Assembly (NCBI GenBank): GCA_964526025.1 | Contig: CAZGLJ010000001.1 | Coordinates: 1 to 34,773 of the forward strand | Length of the DNA: 34,773 nt | Direction of reading: 5' to 3' | Origin: an uncultured Candidatus Saccharibacteria bacterium | GTDB lineage: Bacteria; Patescibacteriota; Minisyncoccia; Minisyncoccales; Staskawiczbacteraceae | Shown: one piece after another, positions 31,089 to 34,773 of the stretch | Numbering within the stretch: the stretch's first letter is position 1 | Layout of the letters: every line of letters begins with the position of its first letter | Position numbers and translations under genes: made by a program | Notes under the pieces: generated by a model | What the model saw: only the letters and a program-made list of their open reading frames with translations | Told to the model about the DNA's origin: nothing | Database searches by the model: none

Positions 31089-32843
31089 TTAATTTATCAA
31101 ATTAAACTCTTTTATCAAATTGCTTACTTTTTCAAAATCTTGCGATTGTTCTGCTCTTTTAATTTCTTCTGAAAGTTTACAGCGCCTTTCTCTTACGTTT
31201 ATGTCTTTTAACTGCAAAAGGCAAAGTTTAATTTCCTGCCTGCCGGCAGGCAGACCTGGCTCTTCGTCTTCTTCATATTCCACCTCGGCCCGAAGAGAAA
31301 GCGTGTTTAAAAAATCTTTATATTCTTCTTTTTCCTCTTCTGGATTGATTTTTTTGATATTATCTATAAAACTTTTTGTTTTTTCGCAAAATAAATTATG
31401 GTGCTCTTGTTCAATTAAATTTAAATTTTCCGGATCTTTAAGCACTAATGAAATAATTTTATCTTCCAAAAGTTTTTTTCTGCCTTCAGATGTAAGATTT
31501 TTATTTTCAGATTCTAAAACGCGCTCTTGTGTCGCATATTGGGGCGAATAGGCATTGTCAGATTTTACTTTTTTTAATTCCTCTAAAATCGCTTCCTCCC
31601 TTACGTCTAATTTTTGCGATAATTTTTGCGCCCAGTATGATTGCTCAATTTTGTTTGGCAATCTTTTTATTGCGGGCAAAATTATTTTTGAAATTTCTTT
31701 TTTGCCGCCAGGAGTGCTTTTATCAAAGGAAGCTAAAGAAGAATCAAAATAATAATCCATAATAGACCTGGCTTCTTGCACATATTTCTGCCAGCTAAGA
31801 GGATCTTTTGAAACTATATCTGCCGGATCTTCTCCTTTTGAATAAGTGTCTACAACTTTAATATTAAATCCCTGAGATTCTGCTAAATTAATTCCCCTTT
31901 TTGTGGCTGTGTCTCCAGCTATATCCATATCAAAAGCCAAAAGCAGATTATCAGAATATCTTTTTAAAATATTCAAATGATTTGCTGTCAAAGCGGTGCC
32001 AGACGCAGCTACCGTGTTTTCAAAGCCTGCCTGATGACACATTATAGCGTCTGTGTATCCCTCAGTTAAAACGCATTGGTTATTTTTCCTTACAGACAGC
32101 TTAGCATTATTCATTCCATAAAGAATACTGCTTTTATCATAAAGCAAAGTCTGGGGAGTATTTATATATTTTGCAATCTCCTTTTGGTTCTGCTCTTTAA
32201 AAACTCTTGCCCCAAAACCAATGACCTGCGAATTTAAATCAAAAATAGGAAATATAATTCTTCCCCTGAATCTGTCGTACGGATTTTGGCTTTTTTCAGA
32301 TTCGACAGCAAGCCCTGCTTTTACAATTTCTTCTCTTTTATAACCCCGGCCGACTAAAAAATCAGACAAGCTTTGCCAGGTATCAGGCGAATATCCTAAT
32401 CTCCACTTTTTTATGCTGTCTTGGTTGATGCCTCTTTTCAAAAGATAATCTTTCGCCTCCTTTCCCCACGAACTGTTTCCCAGCTGTTTTTCAAAAAAAG
32501 AGCAGGCCAAGTCGCAAATTTCATACAATCTTTGCCTCTCAGTCCTTAATTTTGGATTCTCTCTTTTTAATTCAACGCCGGCTTTAGCTGCTAAAATCTT
32601 TAAAGCGTCTCCAAATTCAACGCCCTCAATTTTCATCACAAAATCAAAAATAGAACTGCCGGCTCCGCATCCAAAACAATGCCACATTTGGCGGGCCGGA
32701 CTCACAAAAAAAGACGGCTTTTTTTCTGAATGAAAAGGGCAGACGCCCCTGTAATTAGCGCCTGTCTTTGTAAGCTTTACATAACTGCCAACAACGTCAA
32801 CAACATTCAGCCGATTTTTTATTTCCTCAACTTGAGAATCCAC
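31089..32843 (-). CDS. dnaG: DNA primase DnaG (GTG start)
   Basis: Zinc-ribbon [15 protein letters not shown]...WHCFGCG and TOPRIM motif LTEGYTDAI...DMDIAGD. Confidence 0.95.
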   Translation of the reverse strand: MDSQVEEIKNRLNVVDVVGSYVKLTKTGANYRGVCPFHSEKKPSFFVSPARQMWHCFGCGAGSSIFDFVMKIEGVEFGDALKILAAKAGVELKRENPKLRTERQRLYEICDLACSFFEKQLGNSSWGKEAKDYLLKRGINQDSIKKWRLGYSPDTWQSLSDFLVGRGYKREEIVKAGLAVESEKSQNPYDRFRGRIIFPIFDLNSQVIGFGARVFKEQNQKEIAKYINTPQTLLYDKSSILYGMNNAKLSVRKNNQCVLTEGYTDAIMCHQAGFENTVAASGTALTANHLNILKRYSDNLLLAFDMDIAGDTATKRGINLAESQGFNIKVVDTYSKGEDPADIVSKDPLSWQKYVQEARSIMDYYFDSSLASFDKSTPGGKKEISKIILPAIKRLPNKIEQSYWAQKLSQKLDVREEAILEELKKVKSDNAYSPQYATQERVLESENKNLTSEGRKKLLEDKIISLVLKDPENLNLIEQEHHNLFCEKTKSFIDNIKKINPEEEKEEYKDFLNTLSLRAEVEYEEDEEPGLPAGRQEIKLCLLQLKDINVRERRCKLSEEIKRAEQSQDFEKVSNLIKEFNLIN

Positions 32844-32849
32844 AGCGAA

Positions 32850-32870
32850 AATTTTTAATTTTTAATTTTT
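32850..32870 (-). repeat. Three tandem AAAAATT heptamers (minus-strand reading) ending 6 nt upstream of the dnaG GTG
   Basis: The plus strand reads aattttt x3 at 32850-32870, filling almost all of the 25-nt HIT-dnaG spacer. Confidence 0.8.
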
Positions 32871-33198
32871 AATCAATTTTAGACGCATCGCTGCTTAACA
32901 GGTGCAGATGCAAGTGGTCCACAATCTGGCCGCCTTCCCTGCCAACATTGATAACCAATTTATAGCCATGCAGATTTTTTTCTTCTGCTATGGCCTTGGC
33001 AGCCAAAACTAAATCTCCAATTAATTCTTTATCGGTGTTTTGCAAATGTTTTACAGATTCAATATGTTTTTTGGGAACTATCAAAATATGGACCTTGGCT
33101 TTAGGATTAATGTCTAAAAAAGCAACCAGTTTTTCATCTTCAAAAACCTTTGCAGAAGGTATTTCTCCTTTTATAATTTTGCAAAATATGCAATCCAT
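32869..33198 (-). CDS. HIT-family (histidine triad) nucleotide hydrolase/transferase
   Basis: CIFCKII.GEIP at the N-terminus and the triad HLHLHLL at the C-terminus. Confidence 0.9.
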   Translation of the reverse strand: MDCIFCKIIKGEIPSAKVFEDEKLVAFLDINPKAKVHILIVPKKHIESVKHLQNTDKELIGDLVLAAKAIAEEKNLHGYKLVINVGREGGQIVDHLHLHLLSSDASKID

Positions 33199-33201
33199 AA
33201 A

Positions 33202-33957
33202 TTACTTAACTCGGTATGTCAAATAAACCGTCACATTTATTTCCTGCTGGCCAGGCTGGATGTCTGGAGCTATACTGCTGTCTGATTTTTCTAAAACCGC
33301 TCCGCCCATTCCGTACAGCGGCATAGGATAGCCTCCGTAGCTTTCAGAAACATTAACAAGCTTTAAAAGCTTTAATCCAGAGCTTTTGGCAATATTTTCT
33401 GCTTTTTCTTTTGCCTGCTTGATTGCGTTTTGCCTGGCTTCAGCTCTGGCCGTTTCTGGATTATCAAGGGTAAATTGCAAGTCGCCCACGGTATTTGCTC
33501 CGCTGGAAGTTGCCTTGTCCAAAACACTGCTAATTTTATCAAAATTTCTTACCTTTACAGTAACTTGCTGGTCTAAAACATATCCTGCAAAAACCCTTCC
33601 CCTTGCTTCAGTATAATCATATTGGGGATAGAGGTTGTAACCGGTTGTTTTAATGTCTTTTTCGTCTACGCCCTCGTTTTTTATTGCTTCTATTATGGCA
33701 TTCATTTTTCTGTTGTTTTCTGAAACAACATCAGCGCTTTTAAAGCCCTCTGTCCTCACGCCCAAGCTAAACACTGCCACATCCGGCTTAATATACGCTT
33801 TTGCCTCCCCAGATACCGAAAAATCCTGCGGCGCATTTTCAGGCAGGCTGGAAAATTGATAAAACATATTTCCCAAAAGATAAATGGCTATCACAATAAT
33901 TAAAGCCATTGCCAGCGTAAAAGCCTTGTTTAAAAATTTTATTATTTCTTGCTCCAT
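33202..33957 (-). CDS. SIMPL/DUF541 (BP26-like) domain protein with an N-terminal TM anchor
   Basis: ...AKAYIKPDVAVFSLGV...GYNLYPQYDY...QQVTVKVRNFDKISSVLD...ARQNAIKQAKEKAE... matches the SIMPL-domain pattern by eye. Confidence 0.65.
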   Translation of the reverse strand: MEQEIIKFLNKAFTLAMALIIVIAIYLLGNMFYQFSSLPENAPQDFSVSGEAKAYIKPDVAVFSLGVRTEGFKSADVVSENNRKMNAIIEAIKNEGVDEKDIKTTGYNLYPQYDYTEARGRVFAGYVLDQQVTVKVRNFDKISSVLDKATSSGANTVGDLQFTLDNPETARAEARQNAIKQAKEKAENIAKSSGLKLLKLVNVSESYGGYPMPLYGMGGAVLEKSDSSIAPDIQPGQQEINVTVYLTYRVK

Positions 33958-34000
33958 ATTTTTTATTTAATTAATAGTATTTTATATTTTATTTTTCTAT

Positions 34001-34756
34001 CTAAATAAATTGTCTTCCCCGCCAAAAAGTTGCAATAAAAATAATTGGCAAAGCAATAACGCTAAAATACCATGCCAGCTTGCCAAGCTTTGGATTTAAA
34101 AATTCAGCCAAGCGCACAAAAACCACAAAAAACATAAACCAGCCGACAAGAAGCCCGGCGCCGGGCCATTCCGGATGCGCAAGCTCTTTGCCTCCGCCAA
34201 CTTTATACCATTTCACCCATCCGGCCCACTTCATAACAAAAACGTGCAGAAGAATAAGAGCAAAAGCAATGCGCATGCCCCAGTATTGGAAGCGCCACCA
34301 TTTTTCTCTGCCGATGGCAGCCATAGCGCGGTCATTAGAGATAAAAAAAATCGCAATGAGAATAATGGTTGCCGTAATGCCAAATATAAACGGCCAATTC
34401 AAAGTTTCTAAAAACCCCGACAAAGAAAATTTCGACCCTAGAAAGAAAAGAGAGACAATCCCATGTAGAATAGCAAGGAAAAAAGCAACTATGCCCAATT
34501 CTTTTCTATACTGGACATATCTGTCAGGAAAAGAAAAGAAGCGGCTCAAAGGGCCAATCAGAAGAACAATACCAAAAAGCACTGTGGCCACGCCGGCAAA
34601 AACTTTGTTAGCGATGTAAAGATCAAAATATCCGCGGCGATAAAAAAGATATACTGACAAAACTACATATAGGGGTATTGCCGCCGCCAACGCCGCGCCG
34701 TATTGCAAAAATTGATATTTCCAGTCTATTTTTGATTTAGAAACAATAATTTCCAT
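34001..34756 (-). CDS. Ferric-reductase-like (MsrQ/YedZ-type) heme-b transmembrane protein
   Basis: Six predicted TM helices with conserved-looking His residues in YRKELGIVAFFLAILHG and WGMRIAFALILLHVFV. Confidence 0.45.
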   Translation of the reverse strand: MEIIVSKSKIDWKYQFLQYGAALAAAIPLYVVLSVYLFYRRGYFDLYIANKVFAGVATVLFGIVLLIGPLSRFFSFPDRYVQYRKELGIVAFFLAILHGIVSLFFLGSKFSLSGFLETLNWPFIFGITATIILIAIFFISNDRAMAAIGREKWWRFQYWGMRIAFALILLHVFVMKWAGWVKWYKVGGGKELAHPEWPGAGLLVGWFMFFVVFVRLAEFLNPKLGKLAWYFSVIALPIIFIATFWRGRQFI

Positions 34757-34773
34757 AAATTTTTTATATTAAT

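Noticed and set aside
34080-34619. 179-aa plus-strand ORF, and similar large antisense ORFs at 29204..29809, 31120..31551 and 20363..20680
   Set aside because: They are antisense shadows of the ferric-reductase-like gene, pilB, dnaG and the small membrane protein gene. Their compositions are low-complexity (Ser/Lys/Phe-rich), with no motifs.
1-34773. Alternative genetic code (UGA read as Gly or Trp, as in some candidate phyla)
   Set aside because: TGA terminates well-delimited conserved genes, for example the radical-SAM gene at 14068-14070 exactly at an ATGA coupling site. No conserved gene is interrupted by in-frame TGA.

Overview
This 34.8-kb window looks like chromosomal DNA from an AT-rich, compact bacterium. 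Most native genes lack Shine-Dalgarno (SD) sites, and several start a few nt after an extended -10 box. The gene content (type IV pilus operon, many signal-peptide or membrane-anchored hypothetical proteins, tiny intergenic gaps) suggests Patescibacteria/CPR, but that is inference only. Standard genetic code: TGA works as a stop.

Layout, left to right:
- 1-3.4 kb, minus strand: F-type ATP synthase operon atpB-E-F-H-A, with atpA running off the left edge.
- 3.5-9.2 kb, minus strand: four secreted or anchored proteins. One is an 892-aa multidomain protein (vWA, SdrD-B-like, lamin-tail, three InlB-B-like repeats, dockerin), and its neighbour is a membrane-anchored cohesin-like protein.
- 9.2-9.75 kb: an unusually long non-coding stretch containing a two-tier hairpin.
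- 9.76-11.5 kb: an FNR-like reductase, small membrane proteins and a DUF45 peptidase.
- 11.6-17.4 kb: tRNA-Asn(GUU) followed by a mosaic region. It holds a DDE transposase 3' remnant abutting a 5'-truncated DUF523 gene, a self-contained cassette (B12-type radical SAM, stand-alone B3/B4 domain protein, methyltransferase-like protein), a CYTH and DUF3850/ASCH pair, and a short degenerate sigma-70 paralog bracketed by 60-nt coding-derived direct repeats.
- 17.4-20.6 kb: an LRR protein, a cold-shock protein, and a 548-aa secreted protein built from C-x5-C-x3-C-x8-C modules.
- 20.7-29.8 kb, minus strand: a response regulator and a type IV pilus operon (pilB, pilC, four pilin-like genes, pilM, pilN, pilO).
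- 29.9-34.8 kb, minus strand: rpoD, dnaG, a HIT protein, a SIMPL protein and a ferric-reductase-like membrane protein.

The best candidates for something undescribed are the radical-SAM/B3-B4/methyltransferase cassette, the degenerate orphan sigma factor, the dockerin/cohesin surface cluster and the Cys-module repeat protein. All family calls come from reading motifs by eye; no database search was possible.
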